64,000 nucleotides of DNA from an uncultured Actinomycetota bacterium (GTDB taxonomy: Bacteria > Actinomycetota > Actinomycetes > Actinomycetales > Dermatophilaceae), in the NCBI GenBank assembly GCA_963833495.1, contig CAWHYJ010000012.1, forward strand, positions 68,233 through 132,232. The letters run 5' to 3'. Below the pieces are notes generated by a model. The model was not told where the DNA came from. It worked only from the letters and a program-made list of their open reading frames with translations, and did not search any database. The position numbers and the translations under genes were made by a program. Shown here one piece after another: positions 11,637 to 21,874 of the stretch (position 1 is its first letter; each line of letters starts with the position of its first letter).

Positions 11637-12860
11637 ATGACCCGCGTCGTCCTCGTGACCGGCAAGGGCGGCGTCGGCAAGACGACCACCGCCGCGGCGA
11701 CTGCCGTCCGGGCCGCCCGCACCGGGCTGCGCACCCTGGTGATGTCGACCGATGCCGCGCACAGCCTGGGGGACGCGCTCGACGTCGAGCTCACCACCGC
11801 CGTCACCTGGCGCGAGACGACGCCGGTCGAGCCGGGGCTGCACGCCCTCGCCGTCGGCGCGCACACCGCCGTCGAGGCCGACTGGCAGGTGGTGCGCGAC
11901 TACCTGCTCGGGGTGCTCGACGCGATGGGGGTCGACGCCGTCGTCGCCGACGAGCTCACGTCGCTGCCCGGCGCCGAGGAGGTCACCGCCCTCGCGGCGC
12001 TGGCCCACCAGGCCGAGAGCGGCGACTGGGACCTCGTCGTCGTCGACTGCGCCCCCACCGCCGAGACGCTGCGCCTGCTCGCGCTACCCGAGGTGCTCGG
12101 CTGGCACCTCGACCGGCTGCTGCCGGCGCAGCGCCGCCTGCTCACCGTGCTGCGCCCGGCCGCCTCGGCCGCCACCGGCGTGCCCGTGCCAGGCCCCGAG
12201 GTGCTGCTCGTGCTGCGCGCCTGGCGCGAGCTGATGGTCGGCGTGCGCGCGCTGCTCACCTCGCCCCGGGCGAGCGTGCGCGTCGTGCTCACGCCCGAGC
12301 GCGTGGTCATCGCCGAGAGCCGACGGGTGCTCACCTCGCTGTCCCTGCACGGCTACGCGGTTGACGCCGTGGTCGTGAACCGGGTGCTGCCTGCCGCCCT
12401 CCCCGGCGACGTCGACCCCTGGCGCACGGCATGGACCACCGCCCAGGCGAGCGGACTGGAGCAGGTGCGCGAGTCCTTCCTCGGCATCCCGCTGCTCTGC
12501 GCGCCCTACCTGGCGGGCGAGCCGATCGGCGCCGACGCGCTCGACGACCTCGCGACCGCGACGGTCGCCGATGGCCTCCCGGCCCCGCCGCTGATGGACG
12601 ACGTCGACGTGCCGCGGATGCGGGTCGAGGCCGACGGCGCCGACTTCGTGCTCACCCTGCCGCTGCCGCTGGTGTCGGCCGGCATGGTCGGCATGGCCCG
12701 CCGCGAGGACGACCTGCTGCTCGAGGTGGGTGGCCAGCGCCGTGTCGTCACGCTGCCCTCGGTGCTGCGGCGGTGCATCGTGCGCGATGCCGCCGTGGGC
12801 AGCGGTGAGCTGCGGGTCCGGTTCGAGCGTGACGAGGAGCAGTGGGCCAGTGGGCGCTGA
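11637..12860 (+). CDS. ArsA/Get3-family ATPase with C-terminal HSP20-like domain
   Basis: GKGGVGKTT, STDAAHSL, DCAPT motifs. Confidence 0.88.
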   Translation: MTRVVLVTGKGGVGKTTTAAATAVRAARTGLRTLVMSTDAAHSLGDALDVELTTAVTWRETTPVEPGLHALAVGAHTAVEADWQVVRDYLLGVLDAMGVDAVVADELTSLPGAEEVTALAALAHQAESGDWDLVVVDCAPTAETLRLLALPEVLGWHLDRLLPAQRRLLTVLRPAASAATGVPVPGPEVLLVLRAWRELMVGVRALLTSPRASVRVVLTPERVVIAESRRVLTSLSLHGYAVDAVVVNRVLPAALPGDVDPWRTAWTTAQASGLEQVRESFLGIPLLCAPYLAGEPIGADALDDLATATVADGLPAPPLMDDVDVPRMRVEADGADFVLTLPLPLVSAGMVGMARREDDLLLEVGGQRRVVTLPSVLRRCIVRDAAVGSGELRVRFERDEEQWASGR

Positions 12861-13404
12861 GCGCTGGGACGAGCAGGTCGGGTCGGTGGCCGACGAGGCC
12901 GGCCGGCTCCTGGAGAGCCTGCGCCGCACCGCCGCCGAGTCGGCGGCCCGCGGGTCCGCTGACGACGACGTCCCGGATGCCGCTGGGCCGGCGCCCGCTG
13001 CCGGTTCGGCTCCAGCCTCGGGCCCGGCCGCGGGCGGGAGGCCGGCTGCGGCCTCGGCTGCCGACCCGGACGGCTCCGGCCACGACCCGTTCTGCACCTG
13101 GTGCCCGCTGTGTCGCGGTGCGGCGGTGGTCCGCTCGCTCAGCCCCGAGACGCTGGCCAAGCTCGCTGACCTCGCGACCCTGGCGGCGTCGGTGCTCACC
13201 GACCTCGCGAGCGGCCGCCCGGGAGGCGACCGCCCGGCATCCGACCACGACCACCCGGCCACGGCGCCGGATCGCGCGGCCGCCGGCACCTCGGCGGGCG
13301 CCTCGCCACCGCCCGGGCGCCGGCCACGGCGCACGGGGCCGGCTCCGAGCCGGCCCATCCCGGTCAGTGACGCCGACGACCCCCTGGAGGCACCCCGTGG
13401 CTGA
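12850..13404 (+). CDS. hypothetical protein with CxWCPxC motif (Rv2183c-like)
   Basis: FCTWCPLCRG..VR..SPE; overlaps both neighbours. Confidence 0.65.
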   Translation: MGAERWDEQVGSVADEAGRLLESLRRTAAESAARGSADDDVPDAAGPAPAAGSAPASGPAAGGRPAAASAADPDGSGHDPFCTWCPLCRGAAVVRSLSPETLAKLADLATLAASVLTDLASGRPGGDRPASDHDHPATAPDRAAAGTSAGASPPPGRRPRRTGPAPSRPIPVSDADDPLEAPRG

Positions 13405-14374
13405 TGGTTCGCTCGCGATCGGCATCGACATCGGCGGCACCAAGGTGGCCGGTGGCATCGTCGACCCCGACGGCACCGTGCTGGCCCGCGCCCGGCGCGA
13501 TACCCCGCACCGTTCGACGAGTCCCCGCGTCGTCGAGGACACCATCGTCTCGGTCGTCGACGAGCTGCTCGAGGGCCACGCCGGCGAGATCGCCGCGGTC
13601 GGCATCGGGGCCGCCGGGTTCGTCGCGACCGACCGGGCGACGGTGGTCTTCGCGCCGCACCTGTCGTGGCGCAACGAGCCCCTGCGCGAGGCGCTCGGGA
13701 AGCGGGTGTCGCTGCCGATCTTCGTCGACAACGACGCCAACGCCGCCGTCTGGGCCGAGCACCGCTTCGGCGCCGGCCGCGGCGAGAGCCACCTGGTGCT
13801 GGTCAACCTCGGCACCGGCATCGGCGGCGGCATCGTGCTGGGCGGCCGGGTCATCCGCGGTCGGTTCGGCATCGCCGGCGAGTTCGGGCACATGCAGGTC
13901 GTGCCCGACGGCATCCGCTGCGAGTGCGGCAACAAGGGCTGCTGGGAGCAGTACGCCTCGGGCAACGCGCTGGTGCGCGAGGCCCGCGGCCTGATGTCGG
14001 CCGGCAGCCCGGTGGTGTCCGACCTGTTCGACCGGGTCGAGGGCCGCCCCGAGAACCTCACCGGTCCGCTCGTCACCGAGGCGGCGCAGGACGGCGACCC
14101 GCTGGCCCGAGAGCTGCTCGCCGAGGTCGGCCGCTGGCTCGGCATCGGGATGGCCGACCTCGCCGCCGCGCTCGACCCCGGCACGTTCGTCATCGGTGGC
14201 GGCGTCAGCGCAGCCGGCGACCTGCTGCTCGACCCGGCGCGCGAGGCGTTCCGCCGCCAGCTCACCGGCCGCGGCTACCGGCCCGAGGCACGCATCGTCG
14301 CCGCCGAGCTCGGCAACGAGGCCGGGCTGGTGGGCGCCGCCGATCTGGCCCGCACCGACGCCGTCAGCGGCTGA
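13397..14374 (+). CDS. glkA: ROK-family glucokinase
   Basis: GIDIGGTK, NDANAA, GTGIGGG, GEFGH, CECGNKGCWEQYAS. Confidence 0.92.
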   Translation: MADGSLAIGIDIGGTKVAGGIVDPDGTVLARARRDTPHRSTSPRVVEDTIVSVVDELLEGHAGEIAAVGIGAAGFVATDRATVVFAPHLSWRNEPLREALGKRVSLPIFVDNDANAAVWAEHRFGAGRGESHLVLVNLGTGIGGGIVLGGRVIRGRFGIAGEFGHMQVVPDGIRCECGNKGCWEQYASGNALVREARGLMSAGSPVVSDLFDRVEGRPENLTGPLVTEAAQDGDPLARELLAEVGRWLGIGMADLAAALDPGTFVIGGGVSAAGDLLLDPAREAFRRQLTGRGYRPEARIVAAELGNEAGLVGAADLARTDAVSG

Positions 14375-14382
14375 GCCCGCCG

Positions 14383-15060
14383 GTGGCGGCCGTGCGGGTC
14401 GCGAGCTACAACACCCGCGACTTCCTCGACGACTCGCGCCTCGCGGCCCGGGTGGTGCGCGCAGTCGACCCCGACGTGCTGTGCCTGCAGGAGGTGCCGC
14501 GGCGGCTGCTCGGTGGGCGTCGGGTGGCGCGGTTCGCCGCCGCCTGCGGGCTGGCCTGGCCCGGCGGGCACCGGGGGAGCGGGGGCACGACGGTGCTCAC
14601 CTCGGATCGGGTGACCGTGCTCGGCTCCGAGCACCTGCGGCTGCCGGTGCGCTGGCCCGACCGCACCCGGGGGTTCGCCGTGGTGCGGGTGGCCCTGCCG
14701 GGTGGCGGCGAGCTCACCGCGGTGTCGGTGCACCTCAGCCTCAAGGCGCCGGAGCGGGTGACCCACACCGAGCGGATCCTCGAGGCGATCGCCGCCCGTG
14801 GCCCCCTCGTGCTCGCCGGGGACCTCAACGAGGACCACACCGGGGGTGCCTGGCAGCTGCTCGACGTGCCCGACCGGCTGCGGCTGGTGTCGCCGGACCG
14901 GCCGACCTACCCGGCCCGGGCGCCACGCCGCCGGCTCGACGTCGTGTTCGCCTCCCCACCGCTGCGGGTGCTGCCCCACCGCGAGGTGCTGCTCCCGGAT
15001 GCCGTGTACGCGGCGGCCAGCGACCACCGCCCGACCTGGGTCGACCTCGAGCTCCCCTGA
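14383..15060 (+). CDS. endonuclease/exonuclease/phosphatase family protein
   Basis: SYN, LQE, GDLN, LDVVF, ASDHRP. Confidence 0.88.
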   Translation: MAAVRVASYNTRDFLDDSRLAARVVRAVDPDVLCLQEVPRRLLGGRRVARFAAACGLAWPGGHRGSGGTTVLTSDRVTVLGSEHLRLPVRWPDRTRGFAVVRVALPGGGELTAVSVHLSLKAPERVTHTERILEAIAARGPLVLAGDLNEDHTGGAWQLLDVPDRLRLVSPDRPTYPARAPRRRLDVVFASPPLRVLPHREVLLPDAVYAAASDHRPTWVDLELP

Positions 15061-15149
15061 GGCGCGGCGCGCGGCACTTCAGTCGGCGCGCAGCAATCTC
15101 CGCGTGTGAGGCGAACTCCTGCGTGCTGCTCGATCGGGCGGCGGAGGGG

Positions 15150-15530
15150 TCAGACCCGGGCACCCGGACTGACCCGCTGCACGGCCTCCCGAAACGCCGT
15201 GAAGCCGGGGTGGTCTGGATCCAGATTCGGCGCCCGTCCTTCAGACGCACCAAGGCTGGCATCGCCCACCCGCGGGCCTTGACGCTCTCGATGTCCTCCA
15301 CCGGCGCCGATCCACCCCTGCGGAGCAGGTGGCTCCATCGCACCCGGGACGGGGGTGAGGAGGATCTTGCTGGCGAGCAGGTGGGCCGAGAGCCAGGTCG
15401 CCCAGCCCACGAAGCAGAACCGGAGGAGCACGAACCACGGTTGTATCCCGTCGGCGCGCGCCTCGTCGTTGACGAGCATGAACACGCCGACGCCCACCAA
15501 GACGACGGCTCCGAGTATCTGCGGTGCCAT
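15150..15530 (-). CDS. hypothetical membrane protein, apparently with two compensating frameshifts
   Basis: Two TM helices; the more plausible middle (RVRWSH...LVRLKDGRRIWI) is in another frame, bounded by C-runs. Confidence 0.45.
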   Translation of the reverse strand: MAPQILGAVVLVGVGVFMLVNDEARADGIQPWFVLLRFCFVGWATWLSAHLLASKILLTPVPGAMEPPAPQGWIGAGGGHRERQGPRVGDASLGASEGRAPNLDPDHPGFTAFREAVQRVSPGARV

Positions 15531-15607
15531 CCGATCGAGGTCCCACGACGCGCTGACCGAACCGACTGGGCGTCAGCGTGTCGCGGGACCTCGACGGTTC
15601 GTGGGCT

Positions 15608-15955
15608 TCAGGCTTGGGAGATCGGCGAGGGGTGGGTCGGCTGGTAGACGCCGAGCGTGCCGCCGCCGGGGAGGGTGAGGGCGGAGATGGTGCCCCACCG
15701 CTGCGTGGTCGGCTCGCCGCACGGCACCCCGAGGGCGGCCATCCGCTGGCGGAAGGCGTCGAGGTCGTCGCACATCAGGTACAGCTCGTGGCTGCTCGTC
15801 CCGGCCGGGTGCACCGCCAGCTCGGCCGGCGGCAGCGCGAAGATCAGCCACCCGTGCCCGGCATCGACCGACGGGTACTGCAGCACGTCGCGGAAGAACT
15901 CCCGGTCGGCATCGGCGTCGGTGCTGTGGAGGATGACGTGCGCCCCGGTGATCAT
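15608..15955 (-). CDS. VOC/glyoxalase family protein
   Basis: ADREFFRDVL, GWLIF.LPPAELAVHP, YLMCDD, RWG. Confidence 0.85.
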   Translation of the reverse strand: MITGAHVILHSTDADADREFFRDVLQYPSVDAGHGWLIFALPPAELAVHPAGTSSHELYLMCDDLDAFRQRMAALGVPCGEPTTQRWGTISALTLPGGGTLGVYQPTHPSPISQA

Positions 15956-15982
15956 CCACCGAGGCTACGTCGCGGCTCGGGG

Positions 15983-16600
15983 TCAGACGCGGGCGCCGTT
16001 GTCGCCGCTGGTCGGGTCGCGGTGCTTCGGCTGGCGCAGCACGAGCAGCCCGAAACCGATGAGCGACACCACGATCGACACCACGAACCAGCGGGTGCTG
16101 TGCGAGGGCCGGGCGAAGACGACCCACAGCAGCATCAGCGGGCCGGCGACCAGGCCGATGACGGCACCCCAGAAGTGCAGGTCCTCCTGCGGGGGAAGCT
16201 CGACCTCGGGCGGCTCGAAGTGCTCGTCGTCGTCGGCGAGCGCCTTCTCCGCCTCCTCGGTCGCCGCAGCGACGGCCTCCTCGGTCGCGGGGTCCCCAGG
16301 CTCGGCGGCGCGCCATGCTGAGGCGGGCACGACGACGTCGAGCGGGGAGGGGTTGACCCAGGGGGCGCGGGGGGCGGCCGACGGCGCGGCGGGCGCGCCG
16401 GCATCCGGCTCGGTTCCGTCGTCGACCGGGGCGCCACCGTCGGTTCCCGGGTCGGTGTGGACAGGGTCGGCCTCGGCCGAGGCCGGGTCGTCGTGAGGAA
16501 GCCCGGCCGGGTCGGCCACCGGGGCGTCCCAGCGCGCGACGATGGAGGCGAAGCGGGCCTCGACGTCGCGCTCGTCCATGTCACCGGGCCGGTCGGGCAC
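15983..16600 (-). CDS. hypothetical membrane protein
   Basis: FASIVA...HFEPPE, two C-terminal TM helices, ends GDNGARV; conserved actinobacterial pattern. Confidence 0.7.
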   Translation of the reverse strand: MPDRPGDMDERDVEARFASIVARWDAPVADPAGLPHDDPASAEADPVHTDPGTDGGAPVDDGTEPDAGAPAAPSAAPRAPWVNPSPLDVVVPASAWRAAEPGDPATEEAVAAATEEAEKALADDDEHFEPPEVELPPQEDLHFWGAVIGLVAGPLMLLWVVFARPSHSTRWFVVSIVVSLIGFGLLVLRQPKHRDPTSGDNGARV

Positions 16601-16715
16601 GGGGTCTCCTCGGGTGCTGCGGGGTGGGGTGACGATCTTCGCACGGCGATCTGGGGATCAGGCACTGTGACCCGGTGCACTAGAGTCTGGGCGACGCGCG
16701 AGGAAGGGTGGTCCG

Positions 16716-17528
16716 GTGTTCTACTGGGTGTTGAAGACGGTCATCCTCGGGCCGATCCTCCGCCTGCTCTTCCGGCCGTGGGTCGAGGGCGCCGAGCACA
16801 TCCCCGAGACGGGGGGCGCCATCTTCGCCAGCAACCACCTCTCGTTCTCCGACTCGATCTTCCTGCCGCTGGCCGTGCCGCGCCGGATGACCTTCCTCGC
16901 CAAGAGCGACTACTTCACCGGTGAGGGCATCAAGGGCCGGCTCACGGCGGCGTTCTTCAAGGGCGTCGGGCAGCTGCCGGTCGACCGCTCCGGCGGCCGG
17001 GCCAGCGAGGCCGCCCTGCGCTCGGGCCTGAAGGTGCTCGGCCGCGGCGAGCTGCTCGGCCTCTACCCCGAGGGCACCCGCAGCCCCGACGGCCGCCTCT
17101 ACAAGGGAAAGACCGGCGTGGCCCGGATGGCGCTGGAGGCCGGCGTGCCGGTCATCCCGGTTGCCATGATCGACACCGACAAGGCCCAGCCCACCGGCAC
17201 CAAGATCCCCAACCTGATCCGCGTGGGGATGAAGATCGGCACCCCGCTGGACTTCTCGCGCTACGAGGGCATGGAGGGCGACCGGTTCGTCCTGCGCTCG
17301 ATCACCGACGAGATCATGTACGCGCTGATGGAGCTCTCGGGCCAGGAGTACGTCGACATGTACGCCACGGCGATGAAGGACCGCATCGCCCGCGAGAAGA
17401 AGAACAAGGCCAAGGAGGCCGCCGAGGCCGCCCAGCCGGGCCGCGCGGCATCCGAGCTCGAGGACGCCCTCGACGGGCTCGACGACGACACCGGCGACGA
17501 CGCCGGTCCGCAGCGCCGCGCGAGCTGA
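16716..17528 (+). CDS. plsC: 1-acyl-sn-glycerol-3-phosphate acyltransferase
   Basis: NHLSFSD, YPEGTRS motifs. Confidence 0.9.
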   Translation: MFYWVLKTVILGPILRLLFRPWVEGAEHIPETGGAIFASNHLSFSDSIFLPLAVPRRMTFLAKSDYFTGEGIKGRLTAAFFKGVGQLPVDRSGGRASEAALRSGLKVLGRGELLGLYPEGTRSPDGRLYKGKTGVARMALEAGVPVIPVAMIDTDKAQPTGTKIPNLIRVGMKIGTPLDFSRYEGMEGDRFVLRSITDEIMYALMELSGQEYVDMYATAMKDRIAREKKNKAKEAAEAAQPGRAASELEDALDGLDDDTGDDAGPQRRAS

Positions 17529-17612
17529 GCGTCAGCAGCCGGGGCCCACCCGGCATACCGCCATACGGGCCACACCGGGGGTCCATGGGTGCGGGACCTA
17601 TCCTTGACCCTC

Positions 17613-18965
17613 GTGAGCACGACCACCGATCCCGACCCCCGCCAGCGGCTCGCCGCCGGTGCCGAGCTGCCGGCCGCCCAGCAGCCGGTGTGGCCCGACC
17701 GGGCCGCCCTCGACGCGGCCGTGGCCACGCTCGCGAGCTACCCCCCGCTGGTGTTCGCCGGTGAGTGCGACGTGCTGCGCGACCGCATCGCCGCCGTCTC
17801 GCGCGGTGAGGCGTTCGTGCTGCAGGGCGGCGACTGCGCCGAGACGTTCGCGTCGGCGACGGCCGACAACATCCGCGACCGGGTCAAGACGATCCTGCAG
17901 ATGGCGGCCGTGCTCACCTACGGCGCGTCCGTGCCGGTGGTCAAGGTGGGCCGGATGGCCGGGCAGTACGCCAAGCCGCGCTCGAGCAACGACGAGACCC
18001 GCGAGGGCGTCACCCTGCCGGCCTACCGCGGCGACATGGTCAACGACTTCGAGTTCACCCTCGGCTCGCGCACCCCCGACCCCCAGCGGCTCGTGAACGC
18101 CTACCACGCGAGCAGCGCCACCCTGAACCTCGTCCGCGCGTTCACCACCGGCGGCTTCGCCGACCTGCGCCACGTACACGACTGGAACAAGGGCTTCATC
18201 GCCAACTCCGCCAACGCGCGCTACGAGCGCCTGGCGAAGGACATCGACAAGGCGATGAAGTTCATGCGGGCCTGCGGCGCCGACTTCGAGGCGATGCGCG
18301 CCACCGAGTTCTTCTCGGCGCACGAGGCGCTCGTGCTCGACTACGAGCGCCCGATGACGCGCATCGACTCGCGCACCGGCGACCTCTACGACACCTCCGG
18401 ACACTTCGTGTGGGTGGGGGAGCGTACCCGCGACCTCGACGGCGCGCACATCGACTTCGTGGCCGCGGTGCGGAACCCGGTGGGCGTCAAGGTTTCTGCC
18501 AACGCCGACACCGACGACCTGCTGCGCATCATCGACAAGGTCGACCCCGAGCGCGAGCCCGGCCGGCTCACCTTCATCACCCGGATGGGGTCCGGCCGCA
18601 TCCGCGAGGCGCTGCCGACCATCGTCGAGAAGGTCACGGCATCCGGTGCCCCGGTCACCTGGGTGTGCGACCCGATGCACGGCAACACCTACGAGTCGGC
18701 CTCGGGCTACAAGACCCGCGACTTCGACGACGTCGTCGAGGAGGTCGAGGGCTTCTTCGAGGTGCACCGCGGCCTCGGCACGGTGCCCGGCGGCATCCAC
18801 GTCGAGCTCACCGGAAACGACGTCACCGAGTGCGTGGGCGGCTCGGAGAAGATCCTCGACGCCGACCTCAACCTGCGCTACGAGTCGGTGTGCGACCCAA
18901 GGCTGAACCACCAGCAGAGCCTGGAGCTGGCGTTCCTCGTCGCCGAGATGCTCAACGAGGACTGA
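17613..18965 (+). CDS. class II DAHP synthase
   Basis: LQGGDCAE, GRMAGQYAKPRS, WVGERTR, CDPMHGN, CDPRLN. Confidence 0.95.
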   Translation: MSTTTDPDPRQRLAAGAELPAAQQPVWPDRAALDAAVATLASYPPLVFAGECDVLRDRIAAVSRGEAFVLQGGDCAETFASATADNIRDRVKTILQMAAVLTYGASVPVVKVGRMAGQYAKPRSSNDETREGVTLPAYRGDMVNDFEFTLGSRTPDPQRLVNAYHASSATLNLVRAFTTGGFADLRHVHDWNKGFIANSANARYERLAKDIDKAMKFMRACGADFEAMRATEFFSAHEALVLDYERPMTRIDSRTGDLYDTSGHFVWVGERTRDLDGAHIDFVAAVRNPVGVKVSANADTDDLLRIIDKVDPEREPGRLTFITRMGSGRIREALPTIVEKVTASGAPVTWVCDPMHGNTYESASGYKTRDFDDVVEEVEGFFEVHRGLGTVPGGIHVELTGNDVTECVGGSEKILDADLNLRYESVCDPRLNHQQSLELAFLVAEMLNED

Positions 18966-18969
18966 CCCG

Positions 18970-20013
18970 GTGCTCGCCGACCTGCTGTCCGACACCCTGA
19001 CCGTGCCGTCACCCGCCATGCGCGAGGCGATGGCGCACGCCCACGTCGGCGACGACGTGTTCGGCGAGGACCCCACGGTGCGCGCGCTCGAGGAGCGGGT
19101 CGCCGACCTGCTCGGCCACGAGGCCGGGCTGTTCTCGCCATCGGGGTCGCTGGCCAACCAGCTCGGGCTGCGGCTGCACGTCGGCCCCGGCCAGGAGCTC
19201 GTCGCCGACCAGCAGGCGCACGTGCTGCGGGCCGAGATGGGCGCCGGGGCGGTGTTCTCCGGCATCACCAGCCGCTCCTGGCCGAGCGAGCGCGGCCTGC
19301 TCGACCCCGCCGGGCCGCTCTCGCTCGTGACCACCGGGGTGGGGCCCTACCAGGTCGAGACCGCTCTCGTCGTGCTCGAGAACACCCACAACTTCGGTGG
19401 TGGCACGGTGCAGCCGATCGAGGCCATCCGCGAGGTGCGCGCGGCAACCTCGGCCGTCGGCGTCGCGATGCACCTCGACGGCGCCCGGCTGTGGAACGCC
19501 CACGTGGCCTCGGGCGTCTCGCTGCGCGACTACGGCACCGAGTTCGACACCGTGAGCGTCTGCCTCTCGAAGGGACTGGGGGCGCCGGTCGGCTCGGTGC
19601 TCGTCGGCTCGGCCGAGCAGATGGCCGCGGCCCGCATCTGGCGCAAGCGCTACGGCGCGGGTATGCGCCAGGTCGGCATCCTCGCCGCCGCCGGGCTCTA
19701 CGCCCTCGACCACAACATCGAGCGCCTCGCCGACGACCACGCGCGCGCGGCACGCTTCGCGGCGGCGTGCGCGGAGGCGGCGCCGGCCGCCATCGACGCC
19801 GCCACCGTCGAGACCAACATCGTCGTGCTCGACGTCGGCGCAGTGGGTTGGGGCGCACCGGAGTTCGTCGCCGCGCTGCTCGAGAGCGGCGTGCGCACGT
19901 ATGCCGTCGGGCCTGGTCGGGTGCGCGCCGTGTGGCACCTCGACGTCGACGACGCCGGCACGGATGCCGCGGTCGACGCCGCAACCGCGCTGTTGCGCTC
20001 GCGCGCCTCCTGA
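18970..20013 (+). CDS. ltaE: low-specificity L-threonine aldolase
   Basis: SDT, GDDVFGEDP, HLDGARLWN, CLSKGLGAPVG. Confidence 0.9.
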   Translation: MLADLLSDTLTVPSPAMREAMAHAHVGDDVFGEDPTVRALEERVADLLGHEAGLFSPSGSLANQLGLRLHVGPGQELVADQQAHVLRAEMGAGAVFSGITSRSWPSERGLLDPAGPLSLVTTGVGPYQVETALVVLENTHNFGGGTVQPIEAIREVRAATSAVGVAMHLDGARLWNAHVASGVSLRDYGTEFDTVSVCLSKGLGAPVGSVLVGSAEQMAAARIWRKRYGAGMRQVGILAAAGLYALDHNIERLADDHARAARFAAACAEAAPAAIDAATVETNIVVLDVGAVGWGAPEFVAALLESGVRTYAVGPGRVRAVWHLDVDDAGTDAAVDAATALLRSRAS

Positions 20014-20060
20014 GGCGCGGATCCCGTCACTGAGCCCCGCCATCGGGTAGGACTGAGGAC

Positions 20061-20909
20061 ATGAGCACCGTCCGCTTCGGGCTGAAGCTGAGCCAGAACG
20101 CCACCATCGACCAGCTGCGCGACCTGTGGCGCCTCGCCGACGACGGCGGGTTCGACAGCTGCTGGGTGATGGACCACTTCGCGACGCTGGGCCCCGCCGA
20201 CGACGGGCCGATCTTCGAGACCTGGACGATGCTGGCGGCGATGGCCCAGCTCACCACCCGCACCCGGATCGGCTGTGCGGTGGTCGGCAACACCTACCGG
20301 CACCCCGGGGTGCTGGCCAAGATGGCGGTGACGGTCGACCACCTGTCCGGCGGGCGGCTCGACTTCGGCATCGGCGCCGGGTGGGCCGAGAACGAGCACA
20401 CGATGCTCGGGCTCGACTTCGGCACCCGAGGCGACCGGGCCGACCGCCTCGAGGAGAGCCTCCAGGTGATCCTCGGGTTGTGGACCCAGCCGCGCACCAC
20501 CTTCGCGGGGCGGCACTACCAGCTCCAGGATGCCGTCGCCGAGCCCAAGCCGGTGCAGCGCCCGCACCCGCCGATCTGGATCGGCGGCTCCGGCCCGCGC
20601 CGCACGCTGCGGCTCGCCGCGCAGTACGCGGACGTGTGGAACGCGGCCGGGGGCACGCCGGGGGAGGTCGCGGAGTCATCGGCGATCCTCGACCGGCACT
20701 GCGCCGACGTCGGGCGCGACCGGGGCGAGATCCGCCGGTCGGTGCAGGTCGGGGTGGGGTCGGACGACGTGGCCGGGCTGCCGGGTCTCGTCGAGCCCTA
20801 CGTCGCCGTCGGCGTCACCGACGTCATCCTCATCGTGCGTGACGAGGACCCGGTGGCCGTCGCCGAGCAGGTCGCCCACGAGCTGCCGCGGCTGCGCGAG
20901 CTCGGGTGA
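20061..20909 (+). CDS. LLM-class (probably F420-dependent) oxidoreductase
   Basis: DHF, YRHP.VLAKMA.TVDHLSGGR, PKPVQ.PHPPIWIGG. Confidence 0.88.
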   Translation: MSTVRFGLKLSQNATIDQLRDLWRLADDGGFDSCWVMDHFATLGPADDGPIFETWTMLAAMAQLTTRTRIGCAVVGNTYRHPGVLAKMAVTVDHLSGGRLDFGIGAGWAENEHTMLGLDFGTRGDRADRLEESLQVILGLWTQPRTTFAGRHYQLQDAVAEPKPVQRPHPPIWIGGSGPRRTLRLAAQYADVWNAAGGTPGEVAESSAILDRHCADVGRDRGEIRRSVQVGVGSDDVAGLPGLVEPYVAVGVTDVILIVRDEDPVAVAEQVAHELPRLRELG

Positions 20910-20946
20910 GGCGCTCGACACCCGCTCGGTCCAGACCGCCGCAACG

Positions 20947-21867
20947 CTAGACGTCGTGGTGCAGCGCCTCGACCGGCGGCTGGTCGGCCGCCGACGCCCC
21001 GGGGTCGCGCGGCGTCGACCGCAGCTCGACGAGGTACATCGCCGCCACCACCAAGGCGCCGCCGACCAGCATCCGCCCGGTGAGGCTCTCACCGCCCAGG
21101 GTGACCGCGAAGAGCGCCGCGAAGACCGGCTCGAGGGCCATGACGATCGCCGCGCGGGTGGCGGTGAGGTGCGCCTGGGCCCAGGTCTGCGCCCACAGCG
21201 CCAGCGCGCCGGCCACCAGGGCCATGTAGAGCAGGGATGCCCACTGCGCCCCCGTGGCGGGCAGGGTCAGCCCGTCGGGCACGGCCACGAGCGCCGCGAC
21301 GACCGTGATGACGCCGGCCTGCACGGTGGCCAGCCCGAAGGCCGCGCCCGGGGTCGACCAGCGGCCGAGGGCGACGATGTGCCCGGCGTACAGGATCGCC
21401 GACAGCAGGGTCAGCGCCTCACCGATGCCGACCGAGAACCCCTGTAGCGACAGCAGGGCCAGCCCGAGCGTCGCCAGGCCCACGGCGAACCAGGTGACCT
21501 TGCCGATCCGGTCGTGCAACAGCACCGCGCCGAGCACCGGGGTGAGCACCACGTAGGTGCCGGTGATGAAGCCCGACACCGACGCGTCGGTGTGCGCCAG
21601 CCCGGTGGTCTGCAGCACCTGTGCGACCCCGTAGAGCAGGCCGAGCACCACCCCGACCCGCAGCTCGCGGCGGGTGAGCGCGAGGGTCTGGCGCCGGAAC
21701 AGCACGAACATCACCACGGCGGCGATGCCGAACCGCACGGCGAGGAAGTCGGCAGGCGGCACGTGCTCGACGAGGTCGTGGATCAGGAAGAAGGTCGATC
21801 CCCACACCGCCGTGACGCTGACGAGCAGGAGCGTGGCGAGCCGGGCGTGCCCGGCCGGGGCGGCCAC
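20947..21867 (-). CDS. DMT/EamA family transporter
   Basis: VWGSTF, LEPVFA, about ten TM segments. Confidence 0.88.
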   Translation of the reverse strand: MAAPAGHARLATLLLVSVTAVWGSTFFLIHDLVEHVPPADFLAVRFGIAAVVMFVLFRRQTLALTRRELRVGVVLGLLYGVAQVLQTTGLAHTDASVSGFITGTYVVLTPVLGAVLLHDRIGKVTWFAVGLATLGLALLSLQGFSVGIGEALTLLSAILYAGHIVALGRWSTPGAAFGLATVQAGVITVVAALVAVPDGLTLPATGAQWASLLYMALVAGALALWAQTWAQAHLTATRAAIVMALEPVFAALFAVTLGGESLTGRMLVGGALVVAAMYLVELRSTPRDPGASAADQPPVEALHHDV

Positions 21868-21874
21868 GGCCGGG

